A stretch of DNA of 64,000 bases, taken from the IMG/VR virus record IMGVR_UViG_3300032236_002285, positions 124,001 through 188,000 of that record. One strand, written 5' to 3'. Of this stretch, positions 17,762-28,267 are shown in pieces. The notes beneath the pieces are model-generated. The model ran no database searches, had not been told where the DNA came from, and saw only the letters and a list, made by a program, of their open reading frames with translations. Position 1 is the stretch's first letter. The number at the start of each line of letters is the position of its first letter. Made by a program: the position numbers and the translations under genes.

Positions 17762-20700
17762 ATGTGGACATACAATAGTGATTACAATAAATGGTTTGCC
17801 AACGATGATTCAATATCTAAAAATGATTTTGATTATCTAAAACAAGAATTAAAAGCTACTAGATATTATTCTAGAATTCTAAGTGGCGCCACATACTTAC
17901 CAGTAAACGATCTTACCAATATCTATGATATTTTAGGTGATTATCAGTCAAGAGATTGGTATGTAAGTGCTGATCCTACTACTGGATCTCTTTATAGTGT
18001 TACTGCTATACCACCTCAACATGCTACTTCAATTGATTATAATAGCTATAATGATTATTCAAAGTATTTAACAGAATATGGTTTAACATTAAAGAATTTA
18101 TTTACTCCTTATAGATTGATAAAAGATGCTTCAAAAAACTTTTATTATGTAGATGTTGCTACAACTGAATCAATTGACCTTACTGCAATTACTAAAAACT
18201 ATACAATTGACAACATCTTACTAAAAGAAGGTCATCGTGTTTTAGTCAAAAACCAAGTAACAAATATTGTTTTATTATCAACAGCTGATCCAAATACTTA
18301 CTTTACTGGTAATTACACAATAGTTCAAGATTTGGGTGCTACCATTGAATATCAATATTATAATGAGCAGAATGGTATTTATAAGTATATAAATGGTAAT
18401 TTAGTAAGAGAAGCCGATTTAGATATTTATGATCAATGTGTTAGATATAGTGTTTCTGTTAAATTAGGTAATGTTAATGCTAATAAGCAATTTCATTTAT
18501 CAAGATTATTAAATGGTTACTATCCAACAACTCTTTTAGTACAACCAATCGAATTTATTGAAAGACATAACTGGATATTAAGAAATCGAGTTGATTATAA
18601 TAACTTATTTGAAATTAATTATTATGACATCATTAAACACGATTCGCAAACTTATAACTATCAAGGATTTACTTATAGTATTCCTGAAAGAGCTATAGCT
18701 ATTGGTGAATTTGGAGTTATCTTAAATACACAAGAAGGTAAATCAAACATAATAAAGAATAAATATAAAGTTAATTTAAGAGGTATTTCTCAAACAACAC
18801 AATATTATTGGATTTGTGGTGATGAAAATACGCTTTTAAGAGTTAGGAAGCACGATTTCTTTATTGATAGAATACTACTTGAAGACATACCTACAACATT
18901 ACCTCAGTTGATTAAAACAAATTTAAGCTCTGTTTCTTTCTTTGATGATTTGAATGGTGTTTGTGTTGGTGAGTTAAATAGTGTTTTTTATACTAAAAAT
19001 GGTGGTTTCCTTTGGGAAAGAATAGAGGTTTCTGACTTTAGTGAATACAACTATAATAAAGTTTTATACTCAACAAATTCAAGTTTTTATGTTGCTGGTA
19101 ACACCGGCGTTTTAATTGAATTTGTTAATAGTATATCTGGTTGGACTGCTTATAAAAGAAGAGTCTCTAAGATTGAGGATGCTGTTGATGAGTACTTATT
19201 GGTTGAAAATATCAATGATTTGTATAAAACTAAAACTTCTTCTTGGAACATTAGTTACAATTATTATACACAATCCATACCAGCTGATAAAGAATTGCTT
19301 TTCTTAGTTACTAATAACAATAATATTATAGCTTATGATATTAATAATTCATTTTCTCAAATAGGTTCAGATTTTATTTACTTTGACTTTGGTCAAAAAT
19401 ATGGCGATATTAGAAATATTACACAAAAACAAAATAGCAATATTTTTTATTTTACAGGTGTTGACTCAGTTAGTGGACATGATGGTATATTTTCTTTTGA
19501 TATAAATAACTTTAGTACTTTAGGTACTGGTAGCTCTTATTCAAATACTACTATTGGTGATACTGGTGCTACTTTTGAATATACTGGTTATGTAAATCAA
19601 ATATTTGATTATAGTGGTAATGAAATGTTAATTTGTGGTAATACATCTTTATTGGGTGTCTCTACTTATTCTACTTTAAACTTTCAATCTCTTGATACGA
19701 CATTTGAAGATAAGTTAAAATCTAAAATGTTGGTTGTTGATTATGATATTGCTTCTAAGTTGAACTTCTTTACTGATGCTGGTGATTATAGATTACCTAA
19801 CTCAATTACATTTAGTAGTGTTATAAGTTCTAATATTGGTTTTAGTCCTATACAACATAATCAAACATCAACAAATAATGGTACATATTCAGAAACAAAC
19901 TGGATTACATATTGGACAGATACTCAAAAAACATTTGAATATTTTACTAATACACCTATGGATAATTCAAAGGTAGTTCTAATGTCAACTACTTTTTCAT
20001 ATAGTTCTATTAGTGCTTCTAGTTCATTTACAAGTAATTTTATTACATCATCAGCTTCACTTGTTTCCTTATTAGGACCAACCGTTTTATATTCTACACA
20101 AAGTAGATTTGATTCTACTGGAATGCCTGCTATATCAGCACCATCTGGCTCTTATAAGCTTTTTATTTATGATTATTTATTAGTTTATAAAGTAAATACT
20201 AATTACCCAGTTAATGTTGGTGATGTTATGGCTTTTGAAAGTGATGTTGTTAGTGCTCAACTTGTTGTTAACAAAATAGTTACTATATCCACATATAAGT
20301 ATATTTATATGTATAACGATTTTAATGAAAATATAATTACGGATCTTCAACTAACATCGAATAATATAACATTAACTAACTTAAACACATATACAACGGC
20401 TGATGACTTAAAATATAGATTTAATATTCATCCTATTTCAAATGCTTATAGAATGGATTATTTAGATTCTTATGGTAATATTACATCATCAGCTTCAAAT
20501 GTTTTTCAACTAAGTGGTGTTTTCAATAATCTAACATCTTATTATAATTTACAAACATCTGTTAATCTTGGTTCTACTCAGTCTAATATGATTTATACAT
20601 CAGGTTTCTTGAAATTTGGTTATTCGCCTACATATAACTTAATGGATTATCTAACAGGTTTGAATAATCCTAATGATGTTAATCCTAGATTTTATGCTAC

Positions 20701-22909
20701 TAAAGAATATTTAGCAATGCCTGTCTATAAAGGAATACCTTTGGGTAGCTTGACTGCTTCAAATGCTTATATAGATTATAATGGTATGACCGCTTCTTAC
20801 GATTTAAATTCACAGGGTAATAAAATTTTATTTGGTACAGGTCTTAAACTTGAATACGATACTATATTTATTAATACTTTTGTTGATGTTGTTATTCACG
20901 GTTCATCTGATTATACAACCGAGAAATTGCTTGTATTGAATAAATACTATGATTCTATAAATAATGCTTATGTTATTGAGTTTCATAAAAGATTAAATTT
21001 CTCTTTAGGTGATTCCATTATTGGAAATGGTGGTTCACTAGATATTATATCTAGAAGAACGTTAGCTCAAATAAGTGATGATTTACAAGAGTTAAATAAC
21101 ATCCAGAGAGCTAAGATGAAATCAAATTCTTGGCAAGGTCAAGGAGTATTTACTTATGACAATTATCAAAATGAATTAAATTTCAAAGTACCTACTGACT
21201 CATATACTAAAATTTTATTATCAGATTCTGATACGGTTCAACAATTATCAGCCGTTATTTATGTTGATTATAAGAATGAGTTAGCAATGAATATAACTAG
21301 ATTGGCTAAAGAATATAATGTACCTATTTTAAATACTATAAATTATACTAATAAGCTTTATATTTCTTGTTCTGAAAAACATGATTTAGTTACAGGAGAA
21401 GGTGTTGTTTTAAGTTTTATTGGTGGTACTGGTTCTTCACAAGAATTAAATCCTCAATATTTTGGTTATCATGTTATTACAAAAATAAATGATTATGACT
21501 TTTTAACAGATATCGACTATGGTATCACACCAAGTGTTGGTTCTGATATTGGTTATGTTACATATACAAAACAAGATCCTTTCTTAAATTATCAACCAAT
21601 TGACTTAATTGACTTAGGTGTTGATGCTAAGGGTAAAATAGCTTTAGAATTATCTATAGAAAATCTTAAATTAGCAAATAGTGTTTATAGTTTAATTAAT
21701 GTTGACTTTGAGAAATATAGATTTAGACTGATTGATGGTCTTAATATAGAAATTGTTAACCTTTATTATGCTTGGTTACTTGAGGCTGAATTATCTGGTG
21801 CTATTATTGGATTGAATAATAATGATTTAGTTTGGTATGATGGTACTTGGATATACGGTAGATGGTTTGGTGGTACTTGGCACTCTGGTGTTTGGATGGG
21901 TGGTGATTGGTATGGTGGTACTTGGAATGCTAATACGATTACTGATAAAATTTTAACGGTTGATGTTGATACAAAAACTATTAACTTTGAGCAATCTTTC
22001 TGGTATGATGGTAGATGGTATGATGGTACTTGGAATGCTGGTATTTGGAATAATGGTAGATGGTATGGTGGTACTTGGAGTAATGGTATGTGGCATAATG
22101 GTATTTGGAATGATGGTACTTGGAACAATGGACATTTCGAGGGTGGTATTTGGGTACTTGGTACTTGGAATAGTGGTGTATTTAGTTGTACTAATGAACC
22201 AGCTTATTGGTTAGATGGTAAATGGTATGGTGGTGATTTTGAAAATGGTATGTGGTATAATGGTTCTTGGGAACAAAGAAATGGTTTATCAAGATTTGGT
22301 ACTAAAGCTTATAACAGCAGAACAGCCAATTGGCAGTCTGGTAAGTGGATAAGCGGGTCTTTCTATTCAGCTATAGATACAGATGATAATGGAATTATTA
22401 TACCATCACTTGTAAATAAATATTCTATATGGAAAACAGGTCAATGGTTATCTGGTGAATGGTATGGTGGTATTGCTTATAATATGGATTTTAAAACTGG
22501 TACTTGGTATGGTGGTATATTAGAAGAAATTGAAGTTATAGAAATTGATTCTGTAAATAATACTATTACATTAAATGGTGAGTTTTATTTTAATATAGGA
22601 GATACTATTTATATAATTGACAATCAAATAGGTAATGCTAATTCATCTTTGGGTTCTGATTCAAATCCTGGTTCTTATCAAATTTTATACTCATCACAAG
22701 ATGCAACAAATAAGAAAACTATAGTTTATATTGATTATAATATAGTAGGGTTAACACAATCTTCTCCGGTTGATACTGGTTTAAGAGTTGTTTCTAAATT
22801 TAGTAATTTAAATTGGAAAGGTGGTATTTGGACAAATGGTATCTATGATAGTGGACTTTGGGAAGGTGGTATTTGGTATAACGGTGTGTTCAATGGAACT
22901 TGGACATAA
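17762..22909 (+). CDS. 1715-aa putative virion/baseplate structural protein with C-terminal W-x-x-G pentapeptide repeats
   Basis: Size, N/S/T/Y-rich composition, structural context, repeats such as WYDGTWNAGIWNNGRWYGGTW. Confidence 0.7.
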   Translation: MWTYNSDYNKWFANDDSISKNDFDYLKQELKATRYYSRILSGATYLPVNDLTNIYDILGDYQSRDWYVSADPTTGSLYSVTAIPPQHATSIDYNSYNDYSKYLTEYGLTLKNLFTPYRLIKDASKNFYYVDVATTESIDLTAITKNYTIDNILLKEGHRVLVKNQVTNIVLLSTADPNTYFTGNYTIVQDLGATIEYQYYNEQNGIYKYINGNLVREADLDIYDQCVRYSVSVKLGNVNANKQFHLSRLLNGYYPTTLLVQPIEFIERHNWILRNRVDYNNLFEINYYDIIKHDSQTYNYQGFTYSIPERAIAIGEFGVILNTQEGKSNIIKNKYKVNLRGISQTTQYYWICGDENTLLRVRKHDFFIDRILLEDIPTTLPQLIKTNLSSVSFFDDLNGVCVGELNSVFYTKNGGFLWERIEVSDFSEYNYNKVLYSTNSSFYVAGNTGVLIEFVNSISGWTAYKRRVSKIEDAVDEYLLVENINDLYKTKTSSWNISYNYYTQSIPADKELLFLVTNNNNIIAYDINNSFSQIGSDFIYFDFGQKYGDIRNITQKQNSNIFYFTGVDSVSGHDGIFSFDINNFSTLGTGSSYSNTTIGDTGATFEYTGYVNQIFDYSGNEMLICGNTSLLGVSTYSTLNFQSLDTTFEDKLKSKMLVVDYDIASKLNFFTDAGDYRLPNSITFSSVISSNIGFSPIQHNQTSTNNGTYSETNWITYWTDTQKTFEYFTNTPMDNSKVVLMSTTFSYSSISASSSFTSNFITSSASLVSLLGPTVLYSTQSRFDSTGMPAISAPSGSYKLFIYDYLLVYKVNTNYPVNVGDVMAFESDVVSAQLVVNKIVTISTYKYIYMYNDFNENIITDLQLTSNNITLTNLNTYTTADDLKYRFNIHPISNAYRMDYLDSYGNITSSASNVFQLSGVFNNLTSYYNLQTSVNLGSTQSNMIYTSGFLKFGYSPTYNLMDYLTGLNNPNDVNPRFYATKEYLAMPVYKGIPLGSLTASNAYIDYNGMTASYDLNSQGNKILFGTGLKLEYDTIFINTFVDVVIHGSSDYTTEKLLVLNKYYDSINNAYVIEFHKRLNFSLGDSIIGNGGSLDIISRRTLAQISDDLQELNNIQRAKMKSNSWQGQGVFTYDNYQNELNFKVPTDSYTKILLSDSDTVQQLSAVIYVDYKNELAMNITRLAKEYNVPILNTINYTNKLYISCSEKHDLVTGEGVVLSFIGGTGSSQELNPQYFGYHVITKINDYDFLTDIDYGITPSVGSDIGYVTYTKQDPFLNYQPIDLIDLGVDAKGKIALELSIENLKLANSVYSLINVDFEKYRFRLIDGLNIEIVNLYYAWLLEAELSGAIIGLNNNDLVWYDGTWIYGRWFGGTWHSGVWMGGDWYGGTWNANTITDKILTVDVDTKTINFEQSFWYDGRWYDGTWNAGIWNNGRWYGGTWSNGMWHNGIWNDGTWNNGHFEGGIWVLGTWNSGVFSCTNEPAYWLDGKWYGGDFENGMWYNGSWEQRNGLSRFGTKAYNSRTANWQSGKWISGSFYSAIDTDDNGIIIPSLVNKYSIWKTGQWLSGEWYGGIAYNMDFKTGTWYGGILEEIEVIEIDSVNNTITLNGEFYFNIGDTIYIIDNQIGNANSSLGSDSNPGSYQILYSSQDATNKKTIVYIDYNIVGLTQSSPVDTGLRVVSKFSNLNWKGGIWTNGIYDSGLWEGGIWYNGVFNGTWT
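21835..22510 (+). repeat. coding 5-residue Trp/Gly repeat array (approximate bounds)
   Basis: Degenerate 15-nt units such as TGGTATGGTGGTACT; further short array at about 22810-22905. Confidence 0.85.
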
Positions 22910-22937
22910 TTTATAAATTAAATTTAATATATACATT

Positions 22938-23327
22938 ATGATAAAGAAATATCTACAATTTATAAAAGAAGCTGATGAAACAACAGAGGCTCAACCTGCT
23001 GAAAAATATCAAGATACTGGTAAATATACTGAGCTAAAAGATGAGGTTAAATCAATGATTGAAAAAACCATTGAAAAGAATGGTGGTGAGTTCAAATCAT
23101 TTGTAGATAAATTTACAAAATCTCCAGAAGATACTAAGATTGAAGGATTTATTAACGATTCTGATATTTATGAATTTTATTTAAAATTCAGAAATGATAT
23201 TGATGAGTTATTAAATAATATTAAGTATTTTAATGAGGTTCCAAGTGACTCAAACACTTTTGGTCTTTATGACTATATCATACATGGAACTGAAAAAGCT
23301 GTATCAGAAATCGTTAAAGAGTTATAA
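22938..23327 (+). CDS. hypothetical protein with MIKKYLQFIKE N-terminus
   Basis: 129 aa; AATATATA 22926-22933. Confidence 0.8.
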   Translation: MIKKYLQFIKEADETTEAQPAEKYQDTGKYTELKDEVKSMIEKTIEKNGGEFKSFVDKFTKSPEDTKIEGFINDSDIYEFYLKFRNDIDELLNNIKYFNEVPSDSNTFGLYDYIIHGTEKAVSEIVKEL

Positions 23328-23769
23328 ACTTCTTCTTTTCTTTTTTCTTTGTTTCTATAAATTCAATACCTTCAATACTTTTTACATTTTCACCTAATTC
23401 AAAGTGGTGTAGCGTATTTAATACTGATATAAATTTTATTTTTTTGTAGTCTTTTTCAATTTTAGCTAGTCTATCCAACATATTGATAAGTGTTTCACCA
23501 TCATAGTGGCAAACTAAATTTAACGGATCGATAACAACATAAGATAGTTTGTTTTGAAAAAGTCCACCGTGACTTAATATTTCAAATTCCAAATCAACTA
23601 AAAAAGAATTTTTAAAGGCAGTAACTTCTAAGTTTTTGTTTTTTAACTCTAACGACTTTATACTTTTATCAAAATCTAGCGCAAAGTATAAACATTTTTT
23701 ACTTAAATCTATTAGACTAAGTGCTTTAGAAGATTTTCCGGAATTAGATTCACCATGAATAACTACCAT
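23314..23769 (-). CDS. minimal RecA/KaiC-like P-loop NTPase
   Basis: VIHGESNSGKS Walker A, YFALD, YVVIDP Walker B; only 151 aa. Confidence 0.6.
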   Translation of the reverse strand: MVVIHGESNSGKSSKALSLIDLSKKCLYFALDFDKSIKSLELKNKNLEVTAFKNSFLVDLEFEILSHGGLFQNKLSYVVIDPLNLVCHYDGETLINMLDRLAKIEKDYKKIKFISVLNTLHHFELGENVKSIEGIEFIETKKKEKKKFITL

Positions 23770-24206
23770 TTTATGTAATGTTTAACTATGTTATATGTGT
23801 TTTGATGTAAATAAAAGTGATTTACTATCAAATACAAATATAAACATAATCTACTTAATAAAAAAGTAAATGAGAATAATTTGTGAAGTATTGAAAACTT
23901 AAATGGTTTTAATATGATATTAAGCAAGTATGATATAGATAATACTACACCAAATAAATACCAACTAGTTGTAAAAAATCCACCTATAATCCAGAGTAAT
24001 TCAAATAAGCCAAGTATACCGATTGACTCTGATAAAGAATATTCAGTTTTACTTCTATATTCTTTTTTTGATGGTTTTTTACCGGTGATTTTTTCATATT
24101 TTTCTTTCCATTCACTTATTGAATAAATTTTTCTAAATTTTAGAATAATTGATAACACAGAAAGTAATACTAAAACGCCTATTAAATAATATATATTTCC
24201 TAGCAT
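23763..24206 (-). CDS. membrane protein
   Basis: Four hydrophobic segments. Confidence 0.7.
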   Translation of the reverse strand: MLGNIYYLIGVLVLLSVLSIILKFRKIYSISEWKEKYEKITGKKPSKKEYRSKTEYSLSESIGILGLFELLWIIGGFFTTSWYLFGVVLSISYLLNIILKPFKFSILHKLFSFTFLLSRLCLYLYLIVNHFYLHQNTYNIVKHYIKW

Positions 24207-24299
24207 GATTATTATATTTATTAAATATCGATTGTTTCCTTTTAAGAAACAGAAGGTGTAAATAATTATATATAGATAATAAAATTAATTGACAATTAA

Positions 24300-27029
24300 A
24301 TGGCATCTACACCTCTTTATAAGTTTTTAAAATCGAACGGAACTTCGTTTTATGCTTTCCCAGGTGCGGCTGAGGATATATCAGCGGCTTACCAGAACTC
24401 GAATTACAAGATGTACTTCTCAAAATTTGTGTTATTAAACTTTCCTAAACAGAACTTAACATCTGGTACAATGTCAAATAAAATAGTATTTGACTTTGAT
24501 AATTCATTCCAAAAGTCAGTTAATGCTACACCACCTCCTACATATAATGAAGCTATTATAGAATCTTTGAGAAACTATGTAGCTAACCAAGAGGTTGTTA
24601 TTAGAGAATCAAGATTAAACAATACTAAATATTATTACGATACAAATGCTTTAGAAACACCAACTGAAAAGATATTTTTCAAATGGGCTAAAAAACTAAA
24701 TCTTATTGATTTTGAACCAGCTATTCCTGGCGATCAATATTTTAGTAATTTATCAGAGTTTCAAAGAAATAATATTAATGATGACTCTTATTTTCCAGAA
24801 TATTTATGGAGAGAAAGACAAGTTATTGCTTGGGATGCTATTTCATTTTATCAAACAGGTGTTTCTGGTTATAGTCAAAAGTTAGAAATTGAATTTAGTG
24901 GTACTACTAATTTCAAAGTAGGTGATAAAGTTAATATTTTTAATGTTAGTAATTCAAGCATTTATAACAATGATGGTTATAATACTCAACTTGTTGATTC
25001 TCAATACTCTACAGGTGTTAATACAAATGTTCTTTATATTATTCCTGCTGGTGCTACACAAGGTCAAAAAATTGTAATGGATATTGATTCTACAATGTCT
25101 CAACATTATGAAACTACTGGTCAAGTAAAATTAGTTTATGATAGATTTGTTCAATATATTGGTGAAATCACAGGTATTTCTAATGTTCAGGAAGCAAATA
25201 GAAACTATACAGAGGTGCAGGCTCTTATTCCTGACCAAGCTGGTGCTACTCCTGATATTTTATTTAGAACTAATTATGATGTTAACTATAAACCAAACTT
25301 AACATTTCCAATTTTACCAAGTCAATATCAGCCAGAGATTTTAGGTGCTGAGTTATTTACATCCCCTATTGTTAATACTCCTCAGAATTATCCTGGTTCT
25401 TATTTTGCTCAATTTGATACTCCAGATTTTACTTATGAAACAGCTACTGGTGATTCTTTAAGAAGAAGTGGTGCTTATTTTGGTGTTTCTGGTGATATTA
25501 ACAACCCTATTGTTAATGGTTCAACAATTGATGGTGTTGGTGTTGATTTCAATACTAGTCACTATGTTAAGATGAATATTTATAACAGAACGCTAACAAA
25601 CTTTGACCAATTTAACGCTTTGGAAGTTAACAATACACCACCATCCGATTTTGAATATAATGCTATTTTATGGTATTACACCGTTCAAAAAACTGATTTA
25701 ACAGGTATTGTTACAACTAAGACAAATCTATATGGTGTTTCTTTCTTGGATAATCCAGATAATAATCCAGTTGATGCTGAAATAGGTATTAGATTTCCTA
25801 TTTATAAGAAAATGGTTTCTAATGGTAAGCAAGATGGTACTTCTTATGCTTATAGCTTAAACTTAAATTTCAATATAGTAAATGATAACCCTCAAATGGC
25901 TTATAACCCAGAGGCTATTAATTCTTTATTTAGCATGAATTTATTTAATCAGGCTATGTCAAGATTGTCATCTACAAATGATAGTTTTATGAATGTTTTA
26001 TCTAACCAAGGTGTTTTAGAAGATGAATTGAATTCTATAAAACAATTACTTTATACACAAACTGATATTTCAACAATTAATCAAAAAATTGCTAACCTTG
26101 AAAATCTTTTAAGATTGTATTCTTCAAATCAGTTAGTTAGTACTGATAGTATTTCAGTTGTTACAAATCCTGGAACTCCGGTTTCTATATCTTTGTATAA
26201 TACTGAAACATCATATACGACTATCAATAACATTAATACAACAGACTTGTACAATACAAGTGGTATAATTCCTTTGAATTTAGTTGTTCCTCAAAATAAA
26301 AACTTTTTATTAAATATTGTTAATAACGATTCAGTTGCTTTAACACTTCCTAATAATGATAGATTGACTATTGTTTTAGATACTGACTTAGCTTATAAAC
26401 AAAGTGTTGATGTTATGATAACTGGCACACAATTAGCTTCTCAAAATAAAAAGTTAGATATTTATATCAATACAACGGTGCCTTCAACTACAACTACGAC
26501 ATCTGCGACTACAACAGAAGCACTTTTAATTGGTAATATTGATTTACCTGTTTATTATAACACAACAACTTCATTACCTAACTCAGCTTATTTGTGGTCT
26601 GATTTTAACTTTGGTATTGATCTTAATCAAACTATACAATATACGATTGGTAATTTATTAGAAGTTCCTTTGTCTGGTAATACTTTAGTATTGAGTAACT
26701 CTATTAAAGCAGGTGATAGTTTAAAATTAAATAATTTATTTGTTGGTACGGCTTCTGTGTTTAATTTCTCAGGTCAATATAAAGTTGACTCAGTTGTTGG
26801 TTCTACAAGTTCATACATTAGATTAGATGCTACTAGCAATCCTGATTTAGTTGCTTATGGTGCTTCATCTTCATTACCTCTTTATATTCATGGAACATCT
26901 TCAACATTATTATCAAATAATCCTTATTTTAGTTTGAATAAAGGTTTGAAGATAAGAGTAACAAGAATCAATTCTTCAGATGTTTCAATTGCTGATAAAT
27001 ATCAAATAGACGTTCAAGATATAAAATAA
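24300..27029 (+). CDS. 909-aa putative virion structural (baseplate-type) protein
   Basis: Large N/T/S-rich ORF heading the tail/fibre operon; family not identified. Confidence 0.6.
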   Translation: MASTPLYKFLKSNGTSFYAFPGAAEDISAAYQNSNYKMYFSKFVLLNFPKQNLTSGTMSNKIVFDFDNSFQKSVNATPPPTYNEAIIESLRNYVANQEVVIRESRLNNTKYYYDTNALETPTEKIFFKWAKKLNLIDFEPAIPGDQYFSNLSEFQRNNINDDSYFPEYLWRERQVIAWDAISFYQTGVSGYSQKLEIEFSGTTNFKVGDKVNIFNVSNSSIYNNDGYNTQLVDSQYSTGVNTNVLYIIPAGATQGQKIVMDIDSTMSQHYETTGQVKLVYDRFVQYIGEITGISNVQEANRNYTEVQALIPDQAGATPDILFRTNYDVNYKPNLTFPILPSQYQPEILGAELFTSPIVNTPQNYPGSYFAQFDTPDFTYETATGDSLRRSGAYFGVSGDINNPIVNGSTIDGVGVDFNTSHYVKMNIYNRTLTNFDQFNALEVNNTPPSDFEYNAILWYYTVQKTDLTGIVTTKTNLYGVSFLDNPDNNPVDAEIGIRFPIYKKMVSNGKQDGTSYAYSLNLNFNIVNDNPQMAYNPEAINSLFSMNLFNQAMSRLSSTNDSFMNVLSNQGVLEDELNSIKQLLYTQTDISTINQKIANLENLLRLYSSNQLVSTDSISVVTNPGTPVSISLYNTETSYTTINNINTTDLYNTSGIIPLNLVVPQNKNFLLNIVNNDSVALTLPNNDRLTIVLDTDLAYKQSVDVMITGTQLASQNKKLDIYINTTVPSTTTTTSATTTEALLIGNIDLPVYYNTTTSLPNSAYLWSDFNFGIDLNQTIQYTIGNLLEVPLSGNTLVLSNSIKAGDSLKLNNLFVGTASVFNFSGQYKVDSVVGSTSSYIRLDATSNPDLVAYGASSSLPLYIHGTSSTLLSNNPYFSLNKGLKIRVTRINSSDVSIADKYQIDVQDIK

Positions 27030-27074
27030 GTGTCTTTAATTTTTAATATATAAGTTAAAATAAAAAGATACATT

Positions 27075-28250
27075 ATGGGAGTTACATGTGGTGCAAGTCT
27101 ATTCGGTAGTAATAACAACCAATTTATTAAAACTAATGGTGGCGATTTTATAGCTGTTGATGGTTCGGGTACCAGAGAAAGACTTATTCTGTCAGATTTA
27201 AGAATACCTTACAAACAAATTCTAAAAAGTAGAATCATACTTAAAGTAGGACAAACAAATTATTTACTTAATTTTTTAGGATTAGGTGATAATGCTACTT
27301 TTCTTTGCATGAGAGCAAGGTATGATAGTAAATCTGTTATTGAAGCCGATAATTATATAAACTGGAGTTATGCAGATGATTTAACTAGAGTTAATTATTT
27401 TGCTGATATGATGGTTTTAACAGGCAATTCAACAAATAGAGTTCCTCAATTGTATCTTACAAATCCAAGTACCAAATATGCTGTTTCTATTGATATTATG
27501 GTTGGTATTATAGATGATTCTTATTCAATATTTACAGACACTTTAAATCAAAGTGGTACATCATTTGTTAATCTTGAATATACTGATATTCATAGTCATA
27601 TTATTGGTGAATCTATTGTTATTAATGATAAGAGTTCTCCTGTAAAACCTTTAATTTATATTAGATTAAGTGATATTAATTCTATTGAAAGAAGTGGTCA
27701 AATTTTAATTATTGACGATTCAAGCTTAGGTATTATTTTCTTACAATTCTTAACATTAAATGATACTTATCAAGCTCACTCGTTATTAAACTATGTTTTA
27801 CAACATCCAAATACAAATATAGATACTTTACAACCAACGGTTGCTGATTACGCGGATCCTGTTCTTTATTTCTATGGAAATGTTGGTAATACCGCAAGTG
27901 GTGATTATATCACATTTAGTGGTGCTACAACAAGTATTCCTTATAATACATCTCAAGGATTTACATTCTCAACATCTATTTCGTTGGGAACATTTGGTAC
28001 TGGTAGTACTGGTGGTTCAGCAAGTGCTTATTTGGATAAATCACAATTAATTTATTTACTAGTTGATCATATCACAGATAATAGAGATGGTAGTATGTAT
28101 ATGTTACCTTCTAATATAATAATATCAGGTACTGGTGGAAGTGTTAGTAATATTGCAGCTGCTGGCACTTATTCATTAGCATTTGATTTCTCTGATATAG
28201 CTCATAACTATTTAGATGGTGTAATAGTAAACCTTAATATAACTGCTTAA
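27075..28250 (+). CDS. putative structural protein
   Basis: 391 aa, beta-rich, AATATATA 27045-27052 upstream. Confidence 0.6.
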   Translation: MGVTCGASLFGSNNNQFIKTNGGDFIAVDGSGTRERLILSDLRIPYKQILKSRIILKVGQTNYLLNFLGLGDNATFLCMRARYDSKSVIEADNYINWSYADDLTRVNYFADMMVLTGNSTNRVPQLYLTNPSTKYAVSIDIMVGIIDDSYSIFTDTLNQSGTSFVNLEYTDIHSHIIGESIVINDKSSPVKPLIYIRLSDINSIERSGQILIIDDSSLGIIFLQFLTLNDTYQAHSLLNYVLQHPNTNIDTLQPTVADYADPVLYFYGNVGNTASGDYITFSGATTSIPYNTSQGFTFSTSISLGTFGTGSTGGSASAYLDKSQLIYLLVDHITDNRDGSMYMLPSNIIISGTGGSVSNIAAAGTYSLAFDFSDIAHNYLDGVIVNLNITA

Positions 28251-28267
28251 AAAATTAAAATAAAAAG

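Noticed and set aside
21835-22905. Regular GGTACTTGG-type DNA repeats suggesting a CRISPR array
   Set aside because: Units are degenerate at third codon positions, in frame, and have no unique spacers; they are protein repeats.
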